DNA of 64,000 nucleotides. Origin: Cenococcum geophilum. Its lineage: Eukaryota. The notes under the pieces are model-generated. The model was not told the origin of the DNA. It made no database searches and saw only the letters and a program-made list of their open reading frames with translations. The stretch lies in contig CP158636.1 in assembly GCA_050273025.1 (NCBI GenBank), positions 1,240,001-1,304,000 on the forward strand, given 5' to 3'. The first letter of the stretch is position 1. Each line of letters opens with the position of its first letter. A program made the translations under genes and the position numbers. This document shows, piece by piece, positions 37,230 through 50,258 of the stretch.

Positions 37230-37967
37230 TGTCATTCCCAAAATCTACGCTCCAACCATAACCTCCCCCACCCACCCCAAAACCCCCCTTCTACACTCTT
37301 CGACACCGCAACCCAAAACGCCATCGCCTCAGTCCTCGGCGGCGGACAAACCTCCACAATCGCGCGCACCCGAACCCCAAGCCGCGGCGCCTCCGCCAAA
37401 AAACGCACACGCAGCGCCCCACTCCGCGCGATCGAACCCCGACACGAACGGCAGCGCGTGCTTCGTCAGCTGCAAGCCGCGGACGCAGGCGCGGGCTGCG
37501 GGCGACAGGCCGGAGAGGAAGGGGACGACGGCCTCTCGACGGCGGTGCCGAAGGCAAGCGTGTAGGCGCCGTAGAGCAGCGCCGCGGCTTCGGCGTGCGG
37601 CTGGCGGCTGGTGCGGAGGAGGGCCGGCGCGGTGGCGCGGAGGTGGGTGGCGTGTGGGTGCTGCAGGACGGTGTAGGTGGTTTGGGAGGGTGCGGCCGTG
37701 GATGCAGTAGGGGGTGCGGTGGATGGTTGTGGTGGTGGGCGGACGGGCTGGGGGGCTGGAGATGGGGTCGAGGGTGCGGTTGTAAAGGGCGTAGGGGTCT
37801 GTGGGGATGGGGTTTTGGTGGTCCTGGTGGTCCTAGTGGAGGAGCGGCGGGGGGTAGAGTGTGAGGGAAGATGTTGCTGCGGTGCTGGTGGGGAGGAGGA
37901 GCAGTTCGTATATCATGATGCGGATTTCGGCGGGGAGACGCAGGAAGGGGGAGGGATTTTGCGCCAT
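37230..37967 (-). pseudogene. Disrupted gene of a fungal F-box-like protein family
   Basis: MAQNPSPFLRLPAEIRIMIYELLL (F-box-like) from the ATG at 37967. An in-frame TAG falls in an H*DHQDHQ run (~37833). Later coding-like blocks TTY...ALLRTSRQ.HAEAAALLYGAY..FGTAVE/AVVPFLSGLSPAARACVR...ALPF...FDRAEW need frameshifts near 37680, 37535 and 37400. The 3' end is approximate. Confidence 0.7.
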
Positions 37968-38553
37968 TGTGGGATTTTGGATGAGGAGCTGGAGGAGGGG
38001 AAGTTATATGTGCGGTGAGAGGGTGAGGTGAAGGGTTTTCACGGTTTTTATGGTTGCATTGGGCGGTGGACAGCTAGTCGTAGGTATTTGGTTTAGCTCA
38101 CTATTCAGGCCATCAGGGTACTGGAGGACATCGGCATCGATAAGAGCCGAAGGTTAGCCGAAGGTGCCCGACGGCACGGAAACATTGGGGACGGTATCCG
38201 CTTTGCTGATACCGGCCTAATGCCATGCAAGTCATTCCGTAGCCTACTAGTCCTCGCTCTGAGTCCAGCATGGCCTTTCAACGCTAATCAACTCGCCCAC
38301 AGCATCACGAATGTAACTAACGGCGGACATTCTACCTTTCCTCCCCCTTTTTTTTTTAAACGACTAGTTTCACCGGGGTTCTGGTCATGGCTACTAAATA
38401 TAATACGCCTTTTGTTCTCATTTTAACCAGTAATCCGATATGCTATATTCTGGACTCTATATGCCGAAAAGCGCTTCTCAAGCAGGACGTGTATATTTTT
38501 CATGCCTTCTCATCTATCCAAAGCATCTATTTCTTTATAAACCCTCAATCACT

Positions 38554-41244
38554 CTAGGCATAATGTGCAAACTCTCTCTTAGCATCGTGCTCATCCTCAT
38601 CGAAATCATCCACTCGCAGCCCTTCTCTCGCCGCGCGCCTACTCTCGTCTCCGTGGTGTAGCGTGGCGAGGTACTTCTTAAACGCGCCGGACATGCGCAC
38701 AATCGACCGGATGTGCGAATCCTTCAAGATGATGCGACCCTGATCGTCTTTCTCATCCTCAACTTCTGCAAGTGCGACAGCTGTTTGGAATGCTGTAAAG
38801 ATCTCTGATTAGCTGTGCCCACACACTCCGTTTCTCAGACAACTCCTCCAAGAGAGAAAGTAAGATGCCATTGTAGAACCTATACTCACCATTCCTAATC
38901 TCCCTCCCATTCCACTTAACGGCCTTGACCTCCTTCGACGACGTAATGAACTTGCGCGTCGCTGGCGGAATACTCATCGTGTCTCCCCTATCCCGTTCCA
39001 GCTTCTTTAAAAAGCTCTCCCACACCTCTCCCCTATCCGCGTCCGAGAACTCTGGGTAGTGAATGCTAACATGAATGCGGCTGATAAAAGCGTCGTCGAA
39101 CGTGCCAATACGGTTAGTCGTCAGGAACAGGATTCCCTGGTAATACTCCATAGCGCGCAGGAAGCCCGCGACGAGGTTGTTGCGCTCGAGGTCCTGCGTG
39201 ATGCGCTGCTCCATGTAGATATCCGCCTCGTCGATCAGCAGGATCGCGCCCCAGTGCTTCGCCAGCTTGAACCAGTACGTCAGCTTAGACTCGATGGTGA
39301 TGGGGTTGGTGCCGATGTCGGTGCAGGTCAGTGAGAGCAGAGGGCGCTTCGTGTACTCGGCGATGCATTCCGCCGTGTAGGTCTTGCCGACGCCGGGCTT
39401 GCCGTGCAGCAGGAAGATCATGCCTTCGCCTTTGCCTTGCACGAAGTCGGCGGACCATTGGTCTTGCGTGTGCGCGTTGTTCCCGGGACCTGGAGCGGGT
39501 TTGGCGACGCTGTCTTCGCGGGCGTACTTTTTGGAAAGTGACTTGATGAGATTGCGGGTATCTGAAGCAAGAACAAGGTCGTCGACAAGACGAGTGTCGT
39601 ATTTGGGTTCGGAGAAGCAGGATACGTCAAGGCGATCTGGTTGGCCTTAGTCTATTGCACTGTACTACAGAAAGAGTGCCAGGGATATGATGAATTAAAG
39701 AGGCAGTGCGTCGGAAATATGAAAAATTGGGCTCGAATACTCACGCCAGTTGCGGACTTTCATGATAAACCCGTGAACAGATCGATCACACAGGAAGTAT
39801 TGATGAGGCGTGAGTTCTTTAGTAGTCATGGGATTGATTCTAGCGTAGTCCGCAAATCTCGATTTCTTGTTTCGGCTGTTGAGCTTGACGCATCTCTTAC
39901 AGAAACAATTTGGGATGCCTCCAATAGACCGCTCTCCCACATCATCCGAGAGTAGGGGTGGTGGAGGTGGTGGGGGCATCTTGGCGTTTGGAGGAGGCTT
40001 GTCGGCTTGTAGTGACGCCCAGAATGACTCGGTGTCAACCATCACGAGGCCAGTAAACTTAATCTTGTTACTCCGATAGTCTCGAAAGAGATCTGTGGAC
40101 TTACCCTATGTCTAGGAAATGTAGTAGTAAGACCGTCATACCACATGCATTGTTTCGAAGTTAACCGGAAGAACATCTTTCCTCGTTCTTCAAGTCGCTT
40201 TCTCATGGCGCCGGGGGTCTCTTTGTGCTTATCTTCTCTAAGATACTCACAAGGGAAAATATCCAAGGATGCAATCTCTTTCTCTCCATCAAAGGGCAGG
40301 ATAACTGCGAAATGGTTCCTAGGTCCTATGTATATTGAATCGTAATATAAATTCCAGAGGCAGATGGTGTACCGCATTGGACTGCCATTATTAATTTCCC
40401 AATTTACAGATTTAACAACGTAGCTATCCAAAATACCGCAGCTCTGCGTGTCATAGTAAACATCGATTCCAGGCTTGAATAGTGTCCATAGCATTTCGTA
40501 AGTCGTCACAGGTACTTCTCGCGCATGTCGTGCGTTCTCTTTCTCCAAAGAATCTTTGAGAGTTTGTCCCATAAAATCCAAAACGATACCGAGGTGCTCA
40601 TAGGAGTCAGCCTCGCCTTCACACCGCTCATCGTCCTCGTGGTTCGCTCTAGGCGCGAAGTTTTCACGGTACGCAATAAGCTCTTTTTCATGGTGCACAA
40701 GGATCGTGTAAGGCTCCGAAATGGTAATGGAATCCCCGATTAGATTTTGGCCGGGATAATACTCTACGACAGCGCGGAGTGCATTGATGACTGCAGCCGA
40801 ATTGATTTGGACATAAGTGTGGCCCATGGAATGGATTGGTGGTGGTTTCAGCGCTTCGCGACGGTATGCATACGGTGACCTGTCATGCGCCGTGAAGGCG
40901 ATTGTTATGACCTCTAGTACTGGCTGCTCTGGAGGGGATTTGGATGGTGCGAATCTGTCAGACTCTTCTTCGAAGACAACGTTGTTGGTTGAAACATGGC
41001 GATACTCGATTTTATGAACGACCTTCTGGATGGGCACCCTTGGAGTTCCAGACCTTGACAAAGATGCAATTGATGCTGATCGGCTTGAGCGACCAGACCC
41101 CGAGGCGCATTTCTCACCTGCATCAGGGACTCCATTTGGTTGAGAGGTGTCGTTATTTTCTTCTGTGGGGATGGTTTCCGGTCCCTTTGGTGGAGTCTCG
41201 GTTGTGTTCGTTTCAGTCGCAGTGGGCTCAAGGTCTTGAGCCAT
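38554..41244 (-). CDS. Fungal AAA+ family ATPase with long N-terminal extension (~812 aa)
   Basis: Exons 41244-40105, 40057-39745, 39636-38890 and 38792-38554 join in frame via GT-AG introns. Motifs: DFVQGKGEG, Walker A HGKPGVGKT, Walker B LLIDEAD, EYYQGILFLTTNR, FDDAFISRIH, WNGREIRNAFQTA. Confidence 0.92.
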
Positions 41245-42295
41245 GGCAAAAAATAACAGAAGGCAGAACCTGATCACTGATGCCTTCCGTGGTAGTCTCC
41301 CTGGCTAACCTCGCGAATATTCTTGGACTCAGACGCAGCTTCTAAAAGCTGTGCTTTACGGTCTCGAGTGCTGGAGTGTCTTGGGCGACCAGGCCAAAAT
41401 ACAGCGATTCTATCGCCTAAAAGGAAAGAGGCAACTACCAAAAACAAAAGCAGCAAATCTCGAGGCTCATATGTGGATGGTCGGGGCATTGGCATTTATT
41501 CAAGCGAGGGCTGAAAGGCTAGGCAACCGTTGTCAAGTTCGATGATGGAAAAGTCAAACGGCTCGGAAGAAGCAATTGCAGCTAACTGGAATAGTGAAGA
41601 CGGTTTCTGTTCGCCGCTTGAGTTTTGAGGCTGAGGTGGGCAGAGCCTGCAGCTGAGCAAAACAAGGTCTGGGGACTTCCTTGCAAATGGCGGAGATGCA
41701 AGATATCCGGCGGCGTGCCGAGACCAATCAAGACAGCCGTGCAGTCGAGAATCTGCAGCCATGGTAACGTTTGTCCAGTAGGTCGGTCCCATAGAGTTGG
41801 TTGCGCCTGCTACTTAAACTTGACGTTAAAAAGGGTGGCTGGTGGCTTAGAGTTATGCGCGAAGCTTGTCATGCACAAGCACGGTACCAAGCTGCTCACC
41901 GGTACGCTGAGGAGGGCCGGCCATCGTATATCCAGTGGTACACAAAAATGCTGGTGCTGCATTGCTGGTCACACGGCATCACATCGAGGACTGTCCATGA
42001 GTAATTCATATCTCTAGCAAGAGAAGTTCATTCCTTTTTGAATGACTATATGCTCTATCAATCAGAGCTACAAGCAACACGAATTAGAGGAGAAACATGC
42101 CCTCGGTAGTGCCGTGGGATCCGCCAAGAATCCCGGCGACTGAAGAAGCAACAAAACACCATCCATGAGTGCAGAGAGAACGCGTGGCGCGTTAACGCAG
42201 GAGAGAGAGGATATACTAACATCTGATATCTTTCTTCAGAAGTGAGCCATCCGAGCGCAACAGAAATAATAACATGCATTGTATCGTCCGACTCA

Positions 42296-45200
42296 TCAAT
42301 AATTCGGAGATGTTACACTACCCAGAGAAGGGAATGGTCTGGCACCAAATGCAGAGGGAGCAGGAAGACTATGACCTGGAATAGGACTGCCGATCTCACC
42401 CAGCGCCGCTGTCGGACCTCCACTCTCCTCGAATTTGATAGCATACCGACCAGAACCAGGAGCAGCTTCTTTGAAATTGAGTGTGCCACCACCATTCGAC
42501 GAATCGCCAAGTATATCGCAGATTTCAATAATCTCATCAGGCTTGATCTGTGGGTCGGCGCCGGATCGGGTGGCTTCAATGTGGCGGAACACGTCGTTTA
42601 CAGCATAATAACCATCCGGGCTACTTTGCTTCGACGCCAAAGCTTTGCAGGCCTGACATACCACTCGACGAACGAGCACAGGCCGGGATTTCGCTGCATA
42701 TTGCTGATTTCCCATCATCGGAAACGTGTTGTTAAACATTCCAGACGTTGGTGAGTTTCCCCAGCCTGGAGCACCAGACATTGCGAAAGGCATTGAGGGC
42801 GTGCTCCATGCACTCCCAGTACCACTAGAGCCGCCAAATGGGGCGTATGAATCTACCCTTGGCTGGCCAGGTCCTTCCGGGAAACCAAAACCCATGCGCG
42901 CGTTCCTGGGCATTCCACCAGCTTGCATACTCGCGCGACGCGTCTCTGCATCTGGGGACTGAAATTCTGGTAGAGGATCATCTGCATCTTCGAGTAGAGC
43001 TTTACTGCCTAGATGGTTGGCGAGCTCATCAACTTCAACCCCTTTTGACTGCCTGCTATCTAGATTGCCCTCATGAGGCTTTACACTTGATGGCCGCTGA
43101 ATGGGTGCAGGTCTGGCGATTGGTTGAGCTGGGGGTGCTGCAATGGAAGGCTCGATATTTGGCTTGTCGAAGGACGCTGATTGCTGTCTAGAATGAGAAG
43201 GCATGCCCATTCCAAAACCAGGCATCTGATTAGTAGCTCCAATGCCAGGAATTGATGGCGGGAATCCGGGAGGTCCTTCCATGGGGAATCCCCTCCCAAT
43301 CGGTACGCCCGGAGCAGGCCCTGGCATTCCCGGTGGTGGAAATGGGCGAAACTGCGAACCTGGCTGTGGAGGAAACATTGGCATATTGTGGCCGATCGAA
43401 GGGCGTGGGCCCATCATACCGGGCATCATGGGTGCTTGGCTATGGGGAAAGCCATTCAGACCTGGAGGCATTCCGCCCATGACAGATCCTGGAGGCTGCA
43501 TTCCAAGCGGAGGTCCAATTGGGGCCATTGGGGATGACGGCTGGGGGTGATGAAGCATAGCTTGCTGTTGTGCATTCGAAGGCTTTGTCAAGATAGTCTT
43601 AGGCGCAATGGAATTTTGCATCTGCGGCGCAGTATTGCTCGGGGACATCGACTTGCTAGTTCCAGGGGCAACTTGAGGCGTCTTTGGCGAAGATCCATGC
43701 GACCCTTGTTGGGAGCTTTGGCGTGGGCGTACAGGAGTAGGTGCCTTAGGAATAGCCGGGGTTGCTACCTGAACATGTGGAGACGGAAATCCTGTAGAGG
43801 ATTGTTTTGAAAGTAGTCCAGGAGGTAGAGCAACAGCAACAGGCTGCGAGGGTCGCTTTACAGCGGAAGTAGGCGCTTGAGAACCTGCGGCGGTTTGATC
43901 GTCCTTTCTAACGCGTTCCTTTTCTGTTCTCGCCTTGGCTTCCCTTTCCCTCCTTTCTTTGTCTTCCTGGGCCTTCTTCTCTCGGGCTTCTTTCTCTCGA
44001 GCTTCGCGTTCCTCACGCTCTTTTCTTTTGGCTTCCTCACGAATCTTCTTCTCTTGAGCCTTTTGCTCACGAATCTTACGCTCGATTTCCTGTTGGCGCT
44101 CCCGTTCTTCTTGAAGTCTCCTTACTCGCTCGGCTTCCTTCCGTTGCCTCTCTTCTTCCTGGGCCTTTCGTTCCGCTTCCTTTTTCTTTCGTTGCTCTTC
44201 CTTCTTCCGCCGTTGCTCCTCTTGCTTCTTTTCCTCAAGTGCTTTTGCTGCAGCTTCTTCCGCAGCTTTCTCCGCTTCTTTTCGTGCCTTCTCCTCTGCC
44301 TTTGCTTGCTTCTGCTTTTCCTTCTTGTCTTTCTTCTTTTGAGCTTCTCTGGCTCGCTTGGCCTCCCTCTGAACATCTAGTCGCGATTCTTCTTCTAGCT
44401 CCTCTAAAAGTTTTGCTTGACGTTCCGCAGCAACCTTTTCTCGGTAGGCAGTGAGTACCCGCTGTTCAAACATCCTCGCTGCAAATATTTGAAACATTCG
44501 CCGGCCTTCTTCCATCCGCTGCTCTTCGGTCATAGTGTCCTGCTGCAAGTATTAGCAATCATCGAATGGCAGCGGGACATAAATATCGCTGACCATCTCG
44601 TCCTCGTCCTCATAGTCCTCATCGTCCTCCTCGTAGTCTTCATCTTCCTCCTCATCGTAATCGTCGTCGTCCGGCGGTGCACCATGACTATGAGCAGTGT
44701 GAGCCTTTGAGTAAACGTTCGGATGTGACAGGCCGGCGGCGGCATACTGGGCCTCCTCTTCCCGTTGCATCCGACGCTCCGCCAATTGCTCCATCATTTC
44801 AATGAATTTCTTCCCGTCATTCTTCAGTAAATCGTCTGCAACCGTCAGGATACCGCCTAGACTATCGATTAGCCCCTTTGTATTCCTTATGCCGAAAATT
44901 TGGGGATAAACCTTTCACTGTCAGACTATTGCCAAAGTTGAAGAAATCGGTTGCTGGGCCACGTGGTAAATCAGCGTGCTCCTCCTCACTATAATCATCC
45001 TCGTCATCATCCTCACTATACTCCTCATCCTCGCCTTCTTCATCATCGTCCTCCGATTCGTCGTCGGCTAATTCTCGTATTCTGGACGGCTGATGTGAAT
45101 TCATCATGTGAGGCATACGATCCGGAGGTACTCGGCTGCCTAAGGAATGGCTATATCGGCTTGGAGGAGGGAGCATAGGTCCTCCATTTTCTTGCTGGTG

Positions 45201-46028
45201 GTTTGCATACTGTTCTAATTCCTCGTAATAGGCGTCGTAGAGAACTTCAAGCTCTTCTTCAATAGCGGTCCGCTTCCGGCCACAGACGGTACAACTACAG
45301 GAGTGTTTCTGCTGCTCCTTCATCTTCCGCAGAACAGCCTCTTTCTCAATTTTGACCAGCGATTTGCGCTCATCTTCACCCAATGAGAGCCAGAATTCTT
45401 TGATCCTCTCCCGCTCTTCCGATGTTGACGTATTCCAGATACGATCCTTCGAATTGGCACCACGCTGGACTGTCCGCAGCGTAGCGCTAGATAGTTGTGG
45501 GGGTGGTGGAGGCGGTGGAGGGGGCACTTGGGATGCGGAGTGGGGTAGTGCATTAGCGGAGTTGCCAGTGGGACCGTTGTAGGGAGGCTGTGGAGGAGCA
45601 GACCGGCTCTTCTTCTTTTTCTTAGATTTTTTGCTCGTACTACTACTATCCCGGTTCCCAGCATAATCGGTCTGATAGTGACCGTTTGTATTATATGGGT
45701 GCCCGTAAGCTTGGCCTTCATCGTCCGTGTAGTAGAGGTCATCACCGTCAGCAGGGTCAAACTGGTCGTGGTCGCCGAATTCGGGATCTCCATAATCCGG
45801 GACCTGTTGAGCGGAGTAAGGACTTGTGCTCTGGCCATGCGGCATATGCCCATTCCTCACGTTTGTGTTCTGCTTTTGATCCTGCTCTGCAGCTTGCCGG
45901 GCAGCCTGCTTCTCTCGCCGCTTCTGCTTCTTGCGATTCACTCCAGCAGCCGCAGGAGCGTGTCCACCTGTGACGCCATTGGTGGGCGCAGTTGTTGCGG
46001 CCACTTGACCTTTTGTGCCTTGAGCCAT
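42296..46028 (-). CDS. NST1: Stress response protein NST1 (~1207 aa)
   Basis: Exons 46028-44912, 44856-44594 and 44539-42296. Hallmarks [71 protein letters not shown] and [20 protein letters not shown]; long coiled coil and Pro-rich tail. Confidence 0.93.
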
Positions 46029-47017
46029 AGGAGCGAGCGACTGGGGTAATCTAGTACTAGCAAATGTGTTAGATACAAGTCTGTTGGAAAATGGCGTGCG
46101 CATAATTAAACCTCGTGGAGTGTTGGTGTTTGAGAGATTTGTTTCGAGGTGAAGATTCCGGAACGAAAGGCCCCTCCAAGTCAGCACGTACAGGGAAGGC
46201 AGGTGGCAGAGTTGCACAGCTCGACGTCCTAGGCCGAGTGAGCAAAGACGGCTAGGGTGGAAGTATGAGCGGTCCGTATGTGTGTATGTCGGCGTGGTGG
46301 TGGAGTGCCTTGAGCCGCGTTCGCAAGGCGATGTCAAGAGTTTGATGTGCAGGTGAGCCGTCCTTGATGTGACGGCGAGAAAAATTACGCAATACGTAAC
46401 GATAGATTACTATGTAAACTAACCCTAGGCACAGCTTCAACCTGGCACGTTTAATCCCGCTGAGCACTGATCTCTGCCTCAGGATCTGTCAGACATCCTA
46501 CCGAGTCCAATCTTTTCCTCCTTTTTCCTCCCCATTCCTCGCCATACTACCGAGTCCGGCGCCTCCTGGGTGAATCACGAAACTTCAGGATTAATTCCCT
46601 CTGCACACCACCGCCCTGCGCCCCCACCTGTTTCGACAGCGCTTCACCAACACATTGCCACGGCCAGCGCAGTGCCACTACCTCCCCCCGACAAACGCTG
46701 CGAGCCTGACCCGATACAGCTGCACTCCAAGAAATCCTCCCAATACCCTTAGAACAGTCTTGTACCCTTTCACCGGTTACATACGAATCCGCAGCTTATA
46801 CCTCCCCTCACAGCATCTGCGCGGAAGGCCGTGGCGCGAGTAATTGCAAGAACTGCTCAGGAGCATAATTTGGGAGGCGGAGAAAATATATTGGGTGGAA
46901 GAGAAGATCACCACACTCTCTGCAGTGTATCGACGGGCTTGACGCTCCCAAACGCATCATTCCCGAGTGTCTTTTCTGGAGGCTCACAACAGAACGACAG
47001 CTCCAACTCCTTTCAAA

Positions 47018-48229
47018 ATGGCACAACAAGGAGAGAGCGTCATGCGAAGGTATGCTATTTCAAGGAGTATTTCCTCGAGTATTTCCTCTTGATGCATCAA
47101 TTCCTTTTGGCACGGCTGGAAGTTGTCAATTGCGACCCTCAGCACTCAGCTGCTTCACCCTTACGTTACAATTTTTTTGCACATTTCTTTTGATTTGCTC
47201 CGTTTTCAGGCACCAGGATCCAGCAGCCAGTCAAAACTGCAGGAAGCTGTTTCCTTCGATCAGTTTTCTGTTATGCTAGGCGAGCAACGATAACCTGGAT
47301 TGGCGTTCCCGATCCGAGCTTCTCCATGGCTAAAAATAGGCCCTGCTCGCATGGCTTCCATGTCTGAATTTATCGTCTCGGATCAAACTCCTCCTTTTAG
47401 TTATTTTCGTATTCAGTACTTCCAGCCGTTCGCAATGGTTCGACGTTCACATTCGTTGCTAGCCGCTTTTGAGTTTCTTCCGACAGAGTGCAACCGAAAC
47501 CTATGACGAGTGCAACCAGCTGACCAGATCTTTCTCTGCATAGGAAGTTGGTGATTATTGGAGACGGTGCTTGTGGCAAGACGAGTTTGCTTAGCGTTTT
47601 TACATTAGGGTATTTCCCTACAGTAGGTACTCCTGTGTTTTGAATTCACAAGAAACAAGCTAAATTGTTCTCGTCTAGCGTTACGTGAGTAAAGAATCAT
47701 GCGTCATTTAATTTATGATATATTAATGCTGACCGGATGGCCTTAGGTCCCCACGGTTTTTGAAAACTATGTTACAGATTGTAGAGTCGACGGTAAATCA
47801 GTCCAGCTAGCGTTATGGGATACCGCAGGACAGGAAGATTATGAACGTCTACGGCCACTCGCATACTCAAAAGCTCATGTCATTCTCATCGGCTTCTCCG
47901 TCGACTCTCCGGATTCCCTAGAGAATGTTAAGCATAAGTGGGCAGAAGAGGCTCGTGAGCGCTGTCCCGGTGTGCCTATTATCCTTGTTGGGCTGAAGAA
48001 AGACCTCCGTGATGACCCGCTGGCTATCGAAGAGATGCGGAAGAAATCACTCAAGTTTACTTCTCTAAAGGCTGGAAACGATATGAAGGAAGAAATCGGC
48101 GCGCGAAAGTACCTGGAATGCTCGTCACTAACGGGTGATGGCGTGGACGACGTTTTCGAAGCAGCGACCCGCGCGGCTCTTCTTGCAGTTGACAAGAGTG
48201 AAGGTGGTGGGTGCTGCATTATTCTATGA
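47018..48229 (+). CDS. RHO2: Rho-family small GTPase Rho2 (199 aa)
   Basis: Exons 47018-47049, 47544-47622, 47679-47684 (6 nt) and 47747-48229 give [69 protein letters not shown]...GLKKD...GCCIIL (CAAX). FTLGYFP and YVTDCRVDG are Rho2-type. Confidence 0.95.
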
Positions 48230-48742
48230 AGCGGCGATCATCCGATAGCATTGGGCGGCGTTCCGGTCTGGCCTTCTCTGCCTTTTGGTGTTACTTAGCG
48301 GTTTTGTAATCTGGCCATATATTTGTTTTATTCGAAAAGCTCTCATTTGCAGGTGATTGATTGGAGGTTATTTTGCAAGTGGGGATTGAAATCTTGCTAC
48401 TAATGATGATGACGATGTATCATCTGTACACTCTTTTTGATACCTGGTATTTTTTCCTTGCTTTTTGAGCAGAATTGCTGCCAGAATTGTTCACTAGCCA
48501 CATCATCAGCCATATTACGCTTCAAGCTAATATTTACTAATACTATGTCTGCAATGATAGCATGCCGATAATATAATACAAGAACAACCAGTTCTACACA
48601 CATAGTTTTTAATGAGCTCGGAAGCAACCTTATGTCTACATTTTGCCGCTTTTCAATGCCGTCTAAGTGTAGATGTCATACTCGTACATGCCATTTGACG
48701 CCAGATCCTCCATAATTCATCATACACCAAGCTTACATTGTC

Positions 48743-49381
48743 TCATCTCGTCCAATCGTGATTCCACCCTTCCCTAGACGGATATTCCATCTGAATCCTT
48801 GCGTATTCAATCGGCACATTGTCCCAAATCCCATTCTTCCCCATCGCAATTCGATATAGCCTCCCGACGTCCTTCCCGCCCTCCTGCCCCGCCATTCCCC
48901 GTTCATCCATGAGTCGCAACGCCTCGCATGCCTCCCGCATGCTGTTGTATTGCCGTTCTAGCTCAAGCTGCTGCGCGGTGCGCTGCTTAGCGCGGAACAG
49001 CTGCCAGGCGCGGTGGATGGTCCAATGGCGGAGGAAGCGGAGGCGCGAGAAACGGAGCGGGCGCGGTGTCTTTTGGTGAGTTAGGTGGTAGCGAATTTGG
49101 GCTGGATAGAAAGAGGTTAACTAGAGGAAACCTGGAGATTTTTGGAATTTTTTGAAATTCGAGGTAAACTCACTTATTCGGTTATCTATTTTCTGGCCTC
49201 CGCCTTTGCCTTTGCGCGCTAGGAGACGGGATGAGGAAGTGAAGGGTGCGGCATTGGATGCTTGTGGTGATTCGGTGATTGGTGAGAAGGTTTTGCGGAG
49301 GAGACAGTTCACCGGGAGAATGCGTGTAGAGAGAGGGCGGATAGTCAGGTGGAAGGACAATGGTATTACTGAGCGCCGCAT
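48743..49381 (-). CDS. MRPL28: Mitochondrial large-subunit ribosomal protein mL40 (yeast MRPL28 family), 188 aa
   Basis: Exons 49381-49174 and 49101-48743; Arg/Ser-rich presequence ending FTSSSRLLA; motifs TPRPLRFSRLRFLRHWTIHRAW and PIEYAR...YPS...WN..W. Confidence 0.82.
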
Positions 49382-49966
49382 TGTTGCTGCTATTACGCGA
49401 TAAGAGAATTTAGCTAATAGGGAGGTAATCGGACACGAGTTGTTATGTCGAACGATTTCTGGAGGTTAATTGATTCTCGCTCCGACCTGTTCTCCGTTAA
49501 TCTTTTGCCAAGGCTCCTACTGAACTTCGTCACATGATATTGCAAAGAGGCCTTCAATCAGTTTCGTTTTCCAGATATCTAGATAATGAGGTGAAGTAGT
49601 GGCTTGCTATAATATCACTTGGCGTTATGTGATCATAAGACTTAAGCTTCGGTTTATTGAAGTTTACGGAACGGTTAACTTAAGCCCCGAATATTTCCAA
49701 TAAAATCGAAAAGAATAATAATATAAGTAGCTGCCGTAGGCTTTACTATCTCAGGGTTTTGCTTAGCTGTTTCAAGTAGCGTCATGGGGGTTTGATGTAT
49801 ACATAACTCTTGAAACGGCTATGAGGCATCTGCACGGTATAATGAAAGCACGTAAGAAAATCTTCGGGTTGGCCTTAGGTTGCTTCGGACACCAAACTTG
49901 GCAGTCCATGTCCGCTGGTACAACTCGTAACTGGCATACTTTGTTGAAGTGGAAATGCTCCCAAGT

Positions 49967-50258
49967 ACCACTCCTCGGCCCCCGGCAATCTTAACAGTCA
50001 CTTAATAAAACCTAGGCCTATAAGATACTATTATATATTCTATATATATACGAATATTTAGTGTAGTATTATAGGCTAGAATCTCTACTTAAATATCTTC
50101 TCTTAGAGCTAAGGGTCTATAATTTAAAGAATAATATTAAAATATTTACTATTATTAATTATAAGTAAAAATAATAAGTACTTACTAAAATTGCTAGGGG
50201 CCGGAAATGCTGATTTTGCATACATATTAGGGGTGGCCCGAGGAGTGGTGGAACACGT
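49967..50258. mobile_element. Degenerate MITE / Fot1-like transposon relic
   Basis: accactcctcgg at the left end is the inverted copy of ccgaggagtggt at the right end, which terminates acgt followed by TA. A second inverted pair is ggcccccggcaat / attgctaggggcc; AT-rich, TpA-rich interior. Confidence 0.6.

Noticed and set aside
37173..38018. Plus-strand Gly/Arg-rich ORFs
   Set aside because: Antisense to the GC-rich F-box-like pseudogene.
41274..42279. Cluster of short ORFs between the AAA ATPase and NST1
   Set aside because: No motifs or splice support; consistent with promoter/UTR sequence.
46029..46337. Upstream in-frame extension of the NST1 ORF
   Set aside because: The ORF-track start is a non-ATG codon and the extension does not look like conserved coding sequence; the ATG at 46028 is preferred, though an ATG ~75 nt upstream cannot be excluded.
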